From Candidatus Latescibacterota bacterium (lineage in GTDB: Bacteria > Krumholzibacteriota > Krumholzibacteriia > WVZY01), in contig CAWBQK010000015.1 in the NCBI GenBank assembly GCA_963791045.1, forward strand, positions 96,001 to 160,000: a stretch of 64,000 nucleotides of DNA, written 5' to 3'. Shown one piece after another: positions 30,801-41,843 of this stretch. The notes under the pieces were generated by a model, which searched no databases, was not told the DNA's origin, and saw nothing but the letters and a program-made list of their open reading frames with translations. The translations under genes and the position numbers were made by a program. The stretch's first letter is position 1. Each line of letters opens with the position of its first letter.

Positions 30801-33800
30801 ATCCGTCGAGATCCTCACTATCGAGAAGACCGTTTCCCTCCGTCCCGTTGATCCGTGTGAACCGATTGCCGTCTTCCTCGATCCTCTGGCTGATGTAGTC
30901 ATCGTCGGGATCGTCCCCCGCTTCGCCGGTTGAAATACCATCAAGACCGGTGTCTTCGTTGAGCTCACCGCCGATCGTAAAACCGTCGCGGTTGGAGTCT
31001 TCATTGTTGAATTCGTTGTCGTCCGGGTCGTAGAAATCCTCATCAATAAAACCGAGATCGAGGTGGAGGACACCCTTCCGGTCGGCTGATTTGGTCTGGA
31101 AATCGTTGACCCAAATTTCTATGAACTGCCCCTGCGACAAATCGAGACCGCCGCGAAAACCCGCCATGACGCCAGCCCACTCGGTCGAGTCGGTCGACGG
31201 TTCGAAGAATTCCACTTCGAGGGATGGAACGAGGGTGCTCTCCCGTTCATCGAGTTCCGGGTTGAGGTCGCGGCGGTGGACGCCACGGTCGGGCTCGATG
31301 TTGTACCAGAACAAGCCGGCGTTTTTTTCCGAAGACAGCGTCTGCGTAAACGTAGGATCTTCGGGATCGACGGGCGGACTCGCCCATGACCAGCTTCGCC
31401 GCGAAAGCGAAAGGATGTCCGAGTCTTCGACGCCTTCCATGTCGTCGATGTAGGCTTCGCCATTTGTGTTTGGATCGGGCATGCTGATGGCGATACCGCC
31501 GTTGACGCTCAGCGAACTCCTGGCGTCGGTATCGACGAGCGGCAGCATATTGACGATCGACGTAAATATCTTGGGCTCATACTGGAGATTGGCGTCGAGT
31601 CCACCGACGACGGAGCGCGTCGGCTCCTCTCCCAATCGGGGGTGCGTGGTCGAACTCGCCTTTGACTCGTAAAGCCACGTGGTGCCGATCCGCGAACTCT
31701 TCGAGAGGTTGAGGATCGAGTTGAACCCCAATAACGTGCTGGATGCCCCACCGGCAAATGGTTTGTACTCGTAGTCAATGGTTATGTTTGAACTTGGTGT
31801 GAGCTGATCGAGAACCTCGCCGGTGAGCTCGACCTCTCCCGTTTCGTAATCAATGTTGTAATCCCGGTTTCTCGCAAGCGTCCTGCCGTCGAGCTTGATA
31901 ACCTCGCTGCCTTCGGTGATGTTGAACGCGTCGATCCGGAACGTTCGGGAAGTGCTCGAACCACGCACAATGATATTGAACCGAGAACTCGACAGGAAAT
32001 CCTGATTCGTCTGCGCAGTCGTGTACATGATTGTGTTCGGGAGCGTTGCGTAGGGACCGGTAAACGCGAACCCATCGGGAAGAGTGTCGTTTATCGTCCA
32101 CGCGGCGACCTGGGCCGGGTCCGGGTCGAACGGCCACAGCCCGGGAAAAGTGAGCAGCCCGCGGGAAACGTCCACCACGCCCGAGGTGAGGTCGATGCGG
32201 CTGTCCGGCGGCCCCGTGCCCGTCTGGTCGGTCTGGTCGAGACCGAATATACGGATAAAGGGAACATCGAGAGAATCGGGTGTCGTCGGGTTCTGACGGA
32301 TCGAAATCTCAGCGATTTCGAGTTCGAGCGAGCTCGCATCGATGTTCGAGAGACCGAGGTTGTAAATGTTCCGCATCATGTACTGCCATGTGTACCCGAA
32401 ACGCCCCGTCGGCAACGGATCGGCCGGCCAGATGAGTTCAAATTCGAGCGGCGCATCCTCGAGATCCGACGCGGGTTGTGCGTAGTCACCGATCGTATCG
32501 CCGGCAACGTTTACATAGGCGACGGCGAGCACCTCGCCCTTCGAGACCGGCCGGACGAGTTCGATCCCGTTGACATCCTCGGTCACCGCGTCGAGGACAA
32601 AGAGGTAGTCATCGCCCGGGATGAGGATTTCGAACTGTCTCTTTTCGAAATCATCCCCGCGTCCGATGTCAGTTCCGGTTCCAAACGTATCAACGTATGC
32701 GATTCCCCATGTTTTCGGCCTCGAGGACGCCTCGAAGTCCTGGATCGACCGGTACACATCGATCAGACCCACTCTTGGCCGGACAAAGCGGCCGCCCATT
32801 CCAGGAGTGGGCGGATGGTCGAGATAGAAATATTTATTCGCGACGAAGTTGAGACTCGAAATGGTTCGCTCTTCGGTCTGACCGAGAGATCCGCCGGACG
32901 GGGTGAACGACGCACGCGATGCCTCGCCCTCCTCCTTGCTCGCGATCACCGTCATGTCCATCGGGCCGACCTGGGCCAGCGTTTTGATCCCGAAAAGCCC
33001 CTTCGATGATGTCGAAAAACTCACGAGCGGCGACCCGGGGAGCGACAAACTTGTGTTTCCGAGTTCGATCAGCTTAATGATGTCATCGTCGAAACCCACA
33101 TAGTTCAACCGGATCCGGTTCTGCCCCTCGAGTGTGCTGCTGCTCGTATGATCGACCTGTATATTGATTTTCTCACCGATCTGCCCCTGGAGACGCACAT
33201 CGAGTTCCTGCTTCATATCGAGCGACGGGAAGAGCGGTTGCTTTTGCTGTCCCTCTACGCCATAGAACGGGCTCACGCGGCGGGTTTCCCCGGCAAACGT
33301 AATCTGCTCGCGGCCGGAGATATCGATGTTGGTCTTGTCCCCCTCGCCGATAAGCTTTTCGACGGCGCCGGGAAGGGGAACGGGTATATTTATGTTAAGA
33401 AGCCCCTTCTGTTCCTCCTGATCCTGGTCCAGCGCGGTTACCGAATGGACAACCGACTCGCGCCACACCTCGTTGCGCGTGGAATGGAAGCGAGCCGCGG
33501 CGATTTCATCCACGGTTTCCAACGTCACTTCGACGCCGGGCGCGTCGATCGGCCGTAGTGAGAAAGCGATGAATTCCCCATCCCGGACTTCGTCGCTCTG
33601 GAACCGCTGTGTGAGGGGCACACGAAAGGTGATTTTAAGGTTGGCGTTCGGAGCGTACTCCTCGATTACACGCTGGCGCGAGAAATCGCTCGAGAGGAAG
33701 TTCGGAACGGTGTGGTGTTCACCAAGATAGACGACGTTGAGGGGAGTGCGCAGTGTATCCCACGGATTTTCTACATAGAGATCGCGAAAATCATTGAGGT

Positions 33801-33927
33801 CGAGGGTAAAACTTTGGGCGTGGATCGTTGTATAAGTTGTAAGTGAGATGACCGCTGCCGTCAAAAGCAGCAATAGCCGCCTTGCAGATGTTCTACTCGT
33901 CAAATGCAATGGGTATCTCTTGGCCAC
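27804..33927 (-). CDS. sprA: SprA/Sov-like outer-membrane protein (T9SS translocon homolog), about 2040 aa, one frameshift at about 28925
   Basis: Signal peptide, GQIGEKINIQVD, IIKLIELGNTSLSLP..GLFGIK..QVG, MRNIYNLG, GSEVIKLDGR.L.RN.DYNIDYETG, AYIDDMEG, GEVWINDI; beta-strand-rich C-terminus ending TATFTF. The two ORFs join by removing one base in ..NRDI|SLKLRF. Confidence 0.88.
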
Positions 33928-34072
33928 GTTTTGTCCAACAACGGGGAAGTCATGGGTTCACAAACCACTTTGGGGAAGACTTCGAGTTCGATCACCATCT
34001 CAAAATATGTCAGAGCACCCCGGGTGGGCATACGTCGGGCTGTCCCTGTTTCGATACAGAATCCTGCTGAAT

Positions 34073-34175
34073 TGTCACCTTTTGGCGACAGTTTCCCATC
34101 GACACCTAGACCCCGACCGGTCAATCCCGCCACCGGCAAACCTTTTCGGTTTTGTCGCGGGACCGGTCAGGTGTC
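34073..34175. other. Tandem stem-loops in the sprA/lptF divergent spacer (possible structured leader or ncRNA)
   Basis: GACACCT(34101-07)/AGGTGTC(34169-75) encloses two GACCGGTC copies, CCCGC/GCGGG and CAAACC/GGTTT stems; a second hairpin lies at 34073-34090. Confidence 0.4.
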
Positions 34176-34190
34176 ACATGTACAAAGTGC

Positions 34191-34220
34191 TTGAAAACAA
34201 AACAATTATTTGTGTATATA
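34191..34220 (+). promoter_or_regulatory. Putative sigma70 promoter of lptF
   Basis: TTGAAA-18-TATATA with TGTG just upstream of the -10, in an AT-rich patch. Confidence 0.45.
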
Positions 34221-34263
34221 AATACGAAGTTTCGAATTTCTTAACGCTGAAGGATCGACATCA

Positions 34264-35688
34264 ATGATTCTCGAACGTTACATAGTCCGCAACTACATCG
34301 GACCGTTCATATTCTCGCTGTCGATCTTAACTTTCATTTTTATAATGGATTTCATCCTTCGCTACATCGATTTGTTTCTCGACAAAGGCGTCGCCTTTCA
34401 CATCGTCCTTCAGACATTTGTTCTGAGTCTTGGTCACATGTTTGCATTAATCATACCAATGGCCGTGCTGCCCGCAACGCTGATGGCGTTTGGTAACCTC
34501 GCATCTGAAAACGAGATAACGGCCATGAAGGCGAGTGGGATCAGCCTTTACCGAATGGTGCTCCCGGGGTTCGTCCTCGCGTCCCTGCTCACGTACGGAA
34601 TGATTCTCTACAACAATCACGTTCTGCCGGAGAGCAACCACAAGCTGCTCAACCTCCTCATCGACATCAACAAGAAGAAGCCGACGATAGAGATAAAGGA
34701 GAATGTTTTTATCGATGCCTTCGAGGGATACAAGATCTACGTCAGACACAAAGATGACAAGACGGGCAGAATCCGAAACGTCCAGATTTTCGAAAGCGAC
34801 AAGAAGGGCACGCTCATAAAGACAATCACCGCGGAACAAGGAAAGCTCGAATTCATCGAGGCGAGCCAGATTCTTCGTTTCGAGCTGGAGAACGCGGAAA
34901 TTCACGAGATACCCCAGGGGAACGACCCCTCGACCTACCGCCGGACGGTTCTGAAGAACTACATAATGAATATCAAGGACATCGACCGGTCGCTCAAAAG
35001 AAGCGAAAGAAACTACCGCGGCGACCGTGAAATGAGCGCCCAGATGATGCGCGACAAAATCGGAGACATACGGAACGACATCGTCGAAACCCGGGCGAAA
35101 ATGACGAGAATGGCGGGGCTCCAGGTTAACAACATGCTCGCCCTTCTCGAGCCCGCCGTCCGCGACAGTGTGTTCGGCGAGGGCAAGAGCCCGGAAACAC
35201 ACTCGCCCGACGGAAGGCCGAGACCCAGAATCCAGGCCCACGATGCCCAACCGAAACGGGAGACGGGCGAGAGACAATCCAAGGAGCTGCTGACGCGAAA
35301 GGCGCTTGAGAGCCAGTCCGAAATAAAGAAATCGTACTTCAGACAGATCGACCGGTATCGCGTGGAGATTCACAAGAAGTATTCGATACCCTTCGCATGT
35401 GTTATCTTTGTCCTCATCGGCTCCCCCATCGCAGTACGTTTGGGACGATCGGGGATGAATACGGCGATCGGTCTTAGCATTCTCGTTTTTCTCGTTTACT
35501 ATATCTGCTTGATTGGTGGCGAAAAACTCGCCGACCGGCGTATACTCAGTCCGGTGATCGCGATGTGGGTCCCGAATTTTCTGTTTGGAGTCGCCGCATT
35601 GATTCTTATTCGGAGAACCACACTCGAACAGGGCGCAATCCGCTTTCGCTTTCTTAGCCGTTTCAAGGTATTTCGAAAAAACCCATGA
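34264..35688 (+). CDS. lptF: LPS export ABC transporter permease LptF (long form)
   Basis: ILERYI, IPMAVLPATLMAFGNLASENEITAMKASGISL, EIHKKYSIPFAC, AMWVPN. Confidence 0.9.
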   Translation: MILERYIVRNYIGPFIFSLSILTFIFIMDFILRYIDLFLDKGVAFHIVLQTFVLSLGHMFALIIPMAVLPATLMAFGNLASENEITAMKASGISLYRMVLPGFVLASLLTYGMILYNNHVLPESNHKLLNLLIDINKKKPTIEIKENVFIDAFEGYKIYVRHKDDKTGRIRNVQIFESDKKGTLIKTITAEQGKLEFIEASQILRFELENAEIHEIPQGNDPSTYRRTVLKNYIMNIKDIDRSLKRSERNYRGDREMSAQMMRDKIGDIRNDIVETRAKMTRMAGLQVNNMLALLEPAVRDSVFGEGKSPETHSPDGRPRPRIQAHDAQPKRETGERQSKELLTRKALESQSEIKKSYFRQIDRYRVEIHKKYSIPFACVIFVLIGSPIAVRLGRSGMNTAIGLSILVFLVYYICLIGGEKLADRRILSPVIAMWVPNFLFGVAALILIRRTTLEQGAIRFRFLSRFKVFRKNP

Positions 35689-36767
35689 ATTTCCGCATAC
35701 ACGACAGATACCTGCTCAAACAGTTCATTCGGATTTTCTTTATCGCCATCCTGGCGTTCACGGTCATCTATATCACGATCGATGTCTTCGAGGAGATTGA
35801 CAACTTTATCGATCACGAGGCGAGCCTGCCGACGATCGGTCTCTACTACCTTTTTTCGATCCCGTTTATTCTCACATACATCATTCCCGTCTCGCTTCTC
35901 CTCGGGGCAATATTCGCGCTTGGCATCATGTCCCGCCGAAACGAAATCACCGCGTTTATCGCTTCGGGGCTGAGCCTTGTCCGGATTGCGACGCCTATTC
36001 TGGTCACAGCCGTCGCCGTGAGCATCTTTTCAACCTGGTTCAATGACGAAGTGGTTTCCAAAGCCAACCGCCGCAGCGAGGACATAAAACATCACGAAAT
36101 CGAAGGCCGTACCAGGTCGAACCCAACGATCAAGGAAAACTTCCACTACCTGGGGGAAGATGGCTATGTGTATCTCGCCCGCCGCTACAGCATCGCGACA
36201 AAGACACTGCACGACGTCGTCGTACAAAAGTTCGATGAGACAACCCTGATTCGGCGTGTTGACGCGAAGAAGGCAAAGTGGAACGACGGCCAATGGACAT
36301 TCACAAATGGCTTTGACAGGCTTTTTGATTCCGACGCCGAGCATGTCCAGGCTTTCGATGAACTCCTGATCCCCGAGATTCACGAGCTGCCGAATGATTT
36401 CGCCAAAGACCAGGTCGACGTGGAGCACATGAATTTCAAAGAGCTGGCCACGCACGTTGAGAAAGTCCAACGAAGCGGGGGCGATGTCGAACGCTACCTC
36501 ACCGATCTTTATTTCAAATTCAGCTATCCCCTCGCCGGTTCGATATTCGTCCTGCTTGGCGTCGCGTTGTCCTCGGGCAAAAGAAAGCAATCCATCGCCA
36601 CCGGCTTCGGTCTCACCCTGGCGATCAGCTTTATCTACTACGGCGTATTGAGGGTCGGTCAAACCCTCGGGTACAACGGTGTGCTGCCGCCTTTGCTTGC
36701 GGCGGAGCTGGGAAACATTATATTCCTGGTAATAGGAATCGCACTCGTCGCCAGGGCAAACAAATGA
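35685..36767 (+). CDS. lptG: LPS export ABC transporter permease LptG
   Basis: IHDRYLLK, RRNEITAFIASGLSL, KFSYPLA, GVLPPLLAA; ATGA overlap with lptF. Confidence 0.9.
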   Translation: MNFRIHDRYLLKQFIRIFFIAILAFTVIYITIDVFEEIDNFIDHEASLPTIGLYYLFSIPFILTYIIPVSLLLGAIFALGIMSRRNEITAFIASGLSLVRIATPILVTAVAVSIFSTWFNDEVVSKANRRSEDIKHHEIEGRTRSNPTIKENFHYLGEDGYVYLARRYSIATKTLHDVVVQKFDETTLIRRVDAKKAKWNDGQWTFTNGFDRLFDSDAEHVQAFDELLIPEIHELPNDFAKDQVDVEHMNFKELATHVEKVQRSGGDVERYLTDLYFKFSYPLAGSIFVLLGVALSSGKRKQSIATGFGLTLAISFIYYGVLRVGQTLGYNGVLPPLLAAELGNIIFLVIGIALVARANK

Positions 36768-38425
36768 TCATCGTTTTATTCATAAGCATTTTTCTCGCGT
36801 TGGCAGGAGCCGCAGCACCGATTGCCGCCGGCAATCCGACCTACAAGATCAAGAAATCGGACGTCGAGCTTCTCTCCTCCGATATGCAGGAGATCTTCGC
36901 CGGAACCCAATACCTCATGAATCCCTTCCAGATCCGGCACTTTTTGTCGCTTGCGACCGAGGAAGATCACATCGAGTGGATCAACCGTTTCTGGCAGCTC
37001 AACGACCCCACACCCACGACACCGGAGAATGAGAGGCGCGAGGAGCACCTCGTACGCGTCAAGCTCGCCAAAAAGTTCTTCCCGAGCAGAAAATGGCCGG
37101 GGTGGGACAAACGTGGCGAAGTTCTCATCCGGTACGGTCCTCCCGATTACCGGGGCAAGATATGGGGAGAAGTCACCATCAAGAAAATGCGACCGCCGGG
37201 AGAGCTGTGGTACTTCCAGCGCCACGACATGCTCATCGCGTTCCAGCAGTTCGGCCTCAACGACGAATACATTTATGCGATAAACGGCACGGGGATCTGG
37301 AACGATCTCTCCCCCGACCTCATCGAGTTTCTGCTTTATGACACGTCGGAAGGACTTGCCCAGAAATTTCCCCTCGACATGATGGAATCATATGAACCCG
37401 TCGCCTTCGACGAGGGCTATCAGAAACTCGGAGACCCGATCGCTGAAGCCAATTATCTCCAGGCGCAGGCGCCTAACCTACCGGAAAATATCGACGCGAT
37501 AATGGACCCCAATGTCCAGCGCAGCATGCCAAAGGACATATCCGATGTGTTCCAAAGGGACAAGATCATGGAGGTCGCCAACAATTTTGAGATCGTGCTC
37601 GAAGACATACCGGCAAGCTACCCGTTCAACTTCAACCGCAAAGAGCTTCCATTCTATTTCGGCGTCGACCAGTTTCGAAGTGGCGACGATCACAACAGAG
37701 TCGACATCAATCTCGAACTCCCCGTGGTATTCGAGGGCGGCTCATCGTTCGAGGAGACGTACCATGCGGAGGTTGTGATCTGGAACTCAGAATTCGAGGA
37801 GGTGGCGCGAAAACAACGAGACATAGTGCTCAAAACCGCGCCGGACGTGGACGATTTCGCCAATCTAGTCCCCACGCAATTGGTGCTTTCGCTCGAAAAA
37901 GGTTATTACAGGATGGCGGTTTCGGTTAGAGGCGAGAATTCAGGATCCGAATCGTCTTACAAGACATCGTTCACCTGCCGCACTTTTGGGCCCGAGCTCG
38001 AACTCAGCGATATCCTTTTTGCCCGGCGGATCGCGCAGAGCGAAAGATCGTCTATTTTCTCGCGCGGAGCGCTCGAAGTCATACCACATCCCGTCCGGGC
38101 CTACGGCCGTTCAATCGCGATACCGCTCTACTTCGAAATCTACAATCTCACATTGGATGAACGCGGCGTATCGTCGTACACGATTGGTTACCAGGTCATT
38201 CCACATTCTAAAAAGAAAAAACACATATGGGACCGGTTCGATGACGCCCTGCCCATCGTGTCGTCGCGTTTCGAATCGTCGGGGTACAGCGAGAACGAAA
38301 CACGCTATATCAACGTCGGAACCCACAATCTCTCCCAGGGTTCTTTCGATATCCTCGTAACCATCACGGACAACCTTTCCGGCGACGTCACCTTCCGCAA
38401 AGGCACTTTCTCAATAGTCGAATAA
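36764..38425 (+). CDS. GWxTD-domain secreted protein (variant motif)
   Basis: Signal peptide, FWQLNDPTPTTPENERREEH..RV..A, GWDKRGEVLIRYGPPD, ELWYF, LELSDILFA, VIPHPVR.Y, LYFEIYNL; ATGA overlap with lptG. Confidence 0.8.
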   Translation: MIIVLFISIFLALAGAAAPIAAGNPTYKIKKSDVELLSSDMQEIFAGTQYLMNPFQIRHFLSLATEEDHIEWINRFWQLNDPTPTTPENERREEHLVRVKLAKKFFPSRKWPGWDKRGEVLIRYGPPDYRGKIWGEVTIKKMRPPGELWYFQRHDMLIAFQQFGLNDEYIYAINGTGIWNDLSPDLIEFLLYDTSEGLAQKFPLDMMESYEPVAFDEGYQKLGDPIAEANYLQAQAPNLPENIDAIMDPNVQRSMPKDISDVFQRDKIMEVANNFEIVLEDIPASYPFNFNRKELPFYFGVDQFRSGDDHNRVDINLELPVVFEGGSSFEETYHAEVVIWNSEFEEVARKQRDIVLKTAPDVDDFANLVPTQLVLSLEKGYYRMAVSVRGENSGSESSYKTSFTCRTFGPELELSDILFARRIAQSERSSIFSRGALEVIPHPVRAYGRSIAIPLYFEIYNLTLDERGVSSYTIGYQVIPHSKKKKHIWDRFDDALPIVSSRFESSGYSENETRYINVGTHNLSQGSFDILVTITDNLSGDVTFRKGTFSIVE

Positions 38426-38427
38426 CC

Positions 38428-38485
38428 AAAAAAAGAGCACGCCGTATTGTCATTCCAAATAAGGAACAAACAAGCCGGCGTGCCC
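38428..38485 (-). terminator. Intrinsic terminator of the metK-ending operon
   Basis: GCACGCCG..CGGCGTGC stem with inner pairing, followed by U7 on the minus strand. Confidence 0.6.
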
Positions 38486-38540
38486 GTCTGCAATTCTCGC
38501 CCGGCGCCTTCGAAATCAGACACGGCGCCGAAATCCCGGA

Positions 38541-39695
38541 CTAGCCAAGGGCTCCCTTGAGCTTGTCGGCGAAATCCGTCTTCTCCCAGGTGAAATCCTG
38601 CTCTTCCCTGCCGAAATGACCGTAAGCGGCCGTTTGGCGGTAAATGGGACGCCTGAGATGGAGCCTCTCGATGATTCCATCGGGAGTGAGATCAAAAGTC
38701 TTGCGGACGATCTCGGTAAGCTTGATGTCTTCGACCTTACCCGTACCGAAGGTATCAACCATGATCGACACGGGCTCGGGCTCGCCAATCGCATAGGCGA
38801 CCTGGATCTCGCAGTTATCCGCCAGGTCCGCGGCAACAATGTTCTTGGCGATGTGCCGTGCCGCGTAAGACGCGCTGCGGTCGACCTTCGACGGGTCCTT
38901 ACCCGAGAACGCGCCACCGCCGTGGCTACCGACGCCGCCGTAGGTATCGACGATAATTTTGCGTCCGGTGAGGCCGCAGTCCGCCTTTGGACCACCCTCC
39001 ACAAACCGGCCGGTCGGATTGACGAACAGAATGTAGTCGTCGTCCGTCTTCATCTCGTATTTTTCGAGGACGTATTCGACGACGTGTTTCTTGAGGTCTT
39101 CGCGAATCTGATCGATGGAGACATCGTCGTCGTGCTGCGTCGAAACAACGACGGTGTGAACGCGTTTCACCGCGCCGTTCTCATACTCCACCGTGACTTG
39201 TGACTTGCCGTCGGGACGAAGATAGGACAGGTCTTTGATTTCCCTGCGGACTTCGGCCAGTCTGCGTGTGAGCTGGTGCGCCAGAAAGATCGATACGGGC
39301 ATCAGGACTTTTGTCTCTCGGCACGCATAACCGAACATCATGCCCTGGTCTCCGGCCCCGCGCTTGTCGACGACGCCGAGGCGAATGTCGGGCGACTGCT
39401 CGTCGATCGACGTGATAACCGCACAGGTGTGGTAATCAAACCCGAATGACGCATCGGTGTAACCGACGTCCTTAATTACCTGTCGCGCGATACTGGGGAT
39501 GTCAACATATGCGTCCGTGGTGATTTCGCCGGTGATGAAGGCCATCCCGGTCGTGACGAGCGATTCGCACGCCACCTTGCCGTGCGGATCTTTCGCGAGC
39601 ACCGCATCGAGAACGCTGTCAGATATCTGATCGGCGACCTTGTCTGGGTGTCCTTCCGTTACCGATTCCGATGTAAAAAGCCGATTCACAGCCAT
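38541..39695 (-). CDS. metK: S-adenosylmethionine synthase
   Basis: [57 protein letters not shown] before ATG 39695. Confidence 0.98.
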   Translation of the reverse strand: MAVNRLFTSESVTEGHPDKVADQISDSVLDAVLAKDPHGKVACESLVTTGMAFITGEITTDAYVDIPSIARQVIKDVGYTDASFGFDYHTCAVITSIDEQSPDIRLGVVDKRGAGDQGMMFGYACRETKVLMPVSIFLAHQLTRRLAEVRREIKDLSYLRPDGKSQVTVEYENGAVKRVHTVVVSTQHDDDVSIDQIREDLKKHVVEYVLEKYEMKTDDDYILFVNPTGRFVEGGPKADCGLTGRKIIVDTYGGVGSHGGGAFSGKDPSKVDRSASYAARHIAKNIVAADLADNCEIQVAYAIGEPEPVSIMVDTFGTGKVEDIKLTEIVRKTFDLTPDGIIERLHLRRPIYRQTAAYGHFGREEQDFTWEKTDFADKLKGALG

Positions 39696-39736
39696 TCTGT
39701 CCTCCTTCACAAGAACGGTAATTAACCAAGCACCGT

Positions 39737-40717
39737 CTATTTAATTATGACTTCGCTCGAGTCTCCAATGTTGAGATTCTGAAAGCCCCCTCTTACCACG
39801 GCGTTTGAACCAATGATGCTTCCATCGAGAAGACAATTGTTCACGTTGGCGCCCCGGTCGAGCACAGAATCCTTTATGATTGAATTTTCGACAACCGAAT
39901 CGGCCGCTATCGATACGTACGGCCCGACTATCGAGTTTACAATCTTAACCGACGGCGCGATGAAAACGGGCGGTATTACTATCGAACCATCCGCCGCCGG
40001 CGCCTCATGCACTCCTTCGAGAAGCCGCCTGTTCGTCTCGAGCAGCGCCTCGGGTTTTCCGCAATCAAACCATTCATCAATTCCGAACGTTTCGAATTCC
40101 GCCCCCCGGTCAATCATCATTTGCAGGGCGGTCGTTATTTGATACTCACCGTGTTCCCTGATGTCCTTATCGATCTGCTCCTGAAGTACTTCAAAAAGAA
40201 GCGATGAGTCTTGAATATAGTAAAGTCCCACCAGAGCCAGGTTACTCGGGGGTTTTTTGGGTTTCTCCACCAGACGGGTGACCCTACGACCATCAAGTTC
40301 GCAAACACCGAACCGTCTTGGATCCTCGACTTCCTTGACGCCGAGGACGTTTGTCGTCGCCCCCGTGATGCTTCTGAGGTCAGAACGAACGACGGTATCA
40401 CCGAGTATCGTGAGAAGCGGCTCTCCCGTGTTCGCCGTGTCCCTCGTCATGTTCATCGCGTGGCCGATCCCGAGCCGTTCCGCCTGGTAGACAAAAGTCG
40501 CGTCGAGATCCTTGTACTCGGCCTTCACGTATTCTTCTATGAGCTCACCCTTGTATCCGACGATGAGCACAACCGACGAAACACCGAGTTCAATGACATC
40601 GTCGAGAATATGCGATATGATCGGCCGTCCGGCAACATAAAGTAGCGCCTTCGGCAACGTATAAGTATGGGGTCTGAGACGTGTTCCGATCCCAGCTGCG
40701 GGGATAATAGCTTTCAC
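39737..40717 (-). CDS. Sugar-phosphate nucleotidyltransferase with left-handed beta-helix tail
   Basis: [28 protein letters not shown], hexapeptide repeats. Confidence 0.9.
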   Translation of the reverse strand: MKAIIPAAGIGTRLRPHTYTLPKALLYVAGRPIISHILDDVIELGVSSVVLIVGYKGELIEEYVKAEYKDLDATFVYQAERLGIGHAMNMTRDTANTGEPLLTILGDTVVRSDLRSITGATTNVLGVKEVEDPRRFGVCELDGRRVTRLVEKPKKPPSNLALVGLYYIQDSSLLFEVLQEQIDKDIREHGEYQITTALQMMIDRGAEFETFGIDEWFDCGKPEALLETNRRLLEGVHEAPAADGSIVIPPVFIAPSVKIVNSIVGPYVSIAADSVVENSIIKDSVLDRGANVNNCLLDGSIIGSNAVVRGGFQNLNIGDSSEVIIK

Positions 40718-40772
40718 CTCATCACAGCCTTTCCAAGCAAATTTTGTCTCGTGATTGACGCCAGACTACGCC

Positions 40773-41843
40773 TCAGTCGGGGTTTCTCTTGAGGCGGTCT
40801 TTCAGAAAATCGATGTTTGTCACGGGCGTTGGATCAACGCCGTTCAAATATGCCAAATACACGCTTGCGAAGTCACCAAGAATCATCGCAGCCAGGATTC
40901 TCGTCATTCGGCCCCCAACCACGTTCGGGATCCGGATGATGCCGCCGGAAAGCGGGCCGATGATTTCGAGGGCAATATCGGCCTGTCTGAGAGCCATCGG
41001 ATCATCTTCCTCGTCTTCGAGAGAGATAACCACGATCTGATCACGGATGGAATCGAGCGCTTTCCAGCCGACGATCTCGTTGTGATTGAGCTCGGAAAAG
41101 GTCGCGAAATGGGCGAGCGACTTCCCGTTTTCGTTTATCTGACAGCTCCATCTTCGAGCGACGGCGTCGAAAAGCCCTCCGCAGGAATACACGAACGGAA
41201 GCTTTCCCTCAAACCGGCGGGCGAGATCCGCCGCTTCGTTTTCGGGCGAATCCGGAGCGTATTCGCGACAAAGTATGCTGAGTTTCTCCCTGGCCTCTTC
41301 GAATTCCGCATCTTCGACCCTGGCAATCCCCATGGCGCTGAGCGTACAGATCAGCGGAAAAAACGAATAGGCAATCGCCGACCGCGGCGGCATTCCCCCG
41401 GGGATCTTGCACACCGGAATGGAATCGCGCTGGCAGCGTTTTTCGAGTTCTCCGCCACTCGTTATCGCGACCGCCGGCATCCCCGCGTCGCGAACCGCAT
41501 CGTAGGCGGAGAGCGTCTCACCGGTATTGCCCGAGTAACTCGAGAAAACAAAAAGCGCGTCTTCGTGCAGTGAAGACGGCACGTCATAGGCACGGTTGAC
41601 GTGGAGCGGAATATTCAAGCGGTTGCCAAAAAACGAGCGCACCATGTCACCGCCGATTGCGGACCCACCCATCCCGAACACCACTATTTTTTTTGGTGAT
41701 TGCGGAGAGAGAGTTTCGGCAAATTTCTTTCCGCGCTCCCACGCGTCGGACATATGCGATGGGAAGGCCAGAACGAGGTCCAGCATTCCTTTCTTGTCAA
41801 ATTCGCCGCGGAGTTTTTCAAAACTTACAGATTTATAGGCCAT
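40773..41843 (-). CDS. Bifunctional phosphoglucose/phosphomannose isomerase (SIS family)
   Basis: GMGGSAIGGD, SSYSGNTGETL, PPRSA, QINENGK, ELNHNEIVGW, GVDPTPV..I..LK. Confidence 0.93.
   Translation of the reverse strand: MAYKSVSFEKLRGEFDKKGMLDLVLAFPSHMSDAWERGKKFAETLSPQSPKKIVVFGMGGSAIGGDMVRSFFGNRLNIPLHVNRAYDVPSSLHEDALFVFSSYSGNTGETLSAYDAVRDAGMPAVAITSGGELEKRCQRDSIPVCKIPGGMPPRSAIAYSFFPLICTLSAMGIARVEDAEFEEAREKLSILCREYAPDSPENEAADLARRFEGKLPFVYSCGGLFDAVARRWSCQINENGKSLAHFATFSELNHNEIVGWKALDSIRDQIVVISLEDEEDDPMALRQADIALEIIGPLSGGIIRIPNVVGGRMTRILAAMILGDFASVYLAYLNGVDPTPVTNIDFLKDRLKRNPD

Noticed and set aside
34131-34165. c-di-GMP-I riboswitch (GGCAAACC seen)
   Set aside because: No GAAA tetraloop with GACGCAAAG junction or second stem.
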